Assembly: GCA_030265395.1 (NCBI GenBank)
Contig: JARFYF010000017.1
Span: 26,697,593-26,761,592 of the forward strand
Reading direction: 5' to 3'
Origin: Rhina ancylostomus
Taxonomy: Eukaryota
Length of the DNA: 64,000 nt
The position numbers and the translations under genes were made by a program. The notes beneath the pieces are model-generated. The model ran no database searches. It was not told the DNA's origin and saw only the letters and a list, made by a program, of their open reading frames with translations. Shown in pieces: positions 63,121 through 64,000 of this stretch (positions are counted from its first letter, which is position 1; every line of letters starts with the position of its first letter).

Positions 63121-64000
63121 TTAATTTCTTTACCTGTTTTATGACACATAAGTACATCCTGTGGGTAACAGGCCAAGCCACAGCTGTTTTATTCTTCTAT
63201 AATAATTCAGCAGGAGCTCATGGTGAAAAGATTTCTATTTGGACTCCAGGTCCCACAAAGATACTGGGCAGATGAAAGCATAGCCTGGTTTATAGGGAAT
63301 GTAGAGTATGCTTATGGCAATGTTCAGCATTACTAAATACAAGGAAGATATCTTGAATGCTGTTTTATAAACATATGTTTGTTGTATTAAGGGCTTATTT
63401 GACTGACAGGTGATTCCTTTCCCATGCTTTGCATACAGCCTGTCTCCANNNNNNNNNNNNNNNNNNNNNNNNNNNTTTATTGATGCCTGTCTTGTTCATG
63501 CTAAGTTCCATAGTTAGTCACACATCGTCCTTCCACCTATTTATGTCCCCACTATATTGGATGTAAAATATCCCAACGTACTACCTGGTCAATATTTTCT
63601 GCTGAATGTTCATGTGAGAACTGAGTAGTGTCGGGTGTGTCTCATCTGACAGTGATCCTGCCTCTTAGTCAAACACATCTAGACTTACACTCCAGTATAG
63701 TGTTTCGGGTGCAATGTACTTTTGGAGGTGCTGTTTGCACCTTCTTTTCAATGAGATATGAAATCTGTTCCATTGGATTGACAGAAAAGATCAGAGGGCT
63801 CAATTTTGATGTTGTCATTCCTCCTGTCCTGTTTTCTCACCCAAACTACTTAGAAACAGACAGTTTGGTTATTATAGCACTGCCGTTTATGAGAGTTTGC
63901 TCTGTACATATTGCCACCCGCATTTCCCTCTTTACAACACTGACAATATTTTAAAGGTACATCATGGGCTAAAAGGCACTTTGGAAGGTATATAAATACA

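Overview
Non-coding vertebrate genomic DNA, most likely a cartilaginous fish (ray/shark; inferred from HE1-like V-SINEs, DeuSINE-like fragments, CR1/Rex-Babar/RTE LINEs and elasmobranch-type Penelope termini). It is a draft assembly with many N gaps. I could not identify any intact host protein-coding gene, rRNA, tRNA gene or CRISPR array; the listed ORFs are either chance ORFs or pieces of decayed transposons. The window is a mosaic of old retroelements (Rex1/Babar, CR1, RTE, Penelope-like, several SINE families), several PIF/Harbinger DNA-transposon relics (one keeps the two-gene transposase + Myb/SANT layout), and repeat-poor AT-rich blocks that look like enhancer/conserved-non-coding territory of a gene desert or large intron. 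The most notable signal is a family of short Penelope-derived termini carrying degenerate short-stem-III hammerhead-ribozyme cores (CTGANGA-stem-GAAAC-GTH), including a ~205-bp palindrome with one core on each strand (31495-31699). All family assignments come from reading and hand-translating the sequence; no database search was run, and boundaries are approximate.
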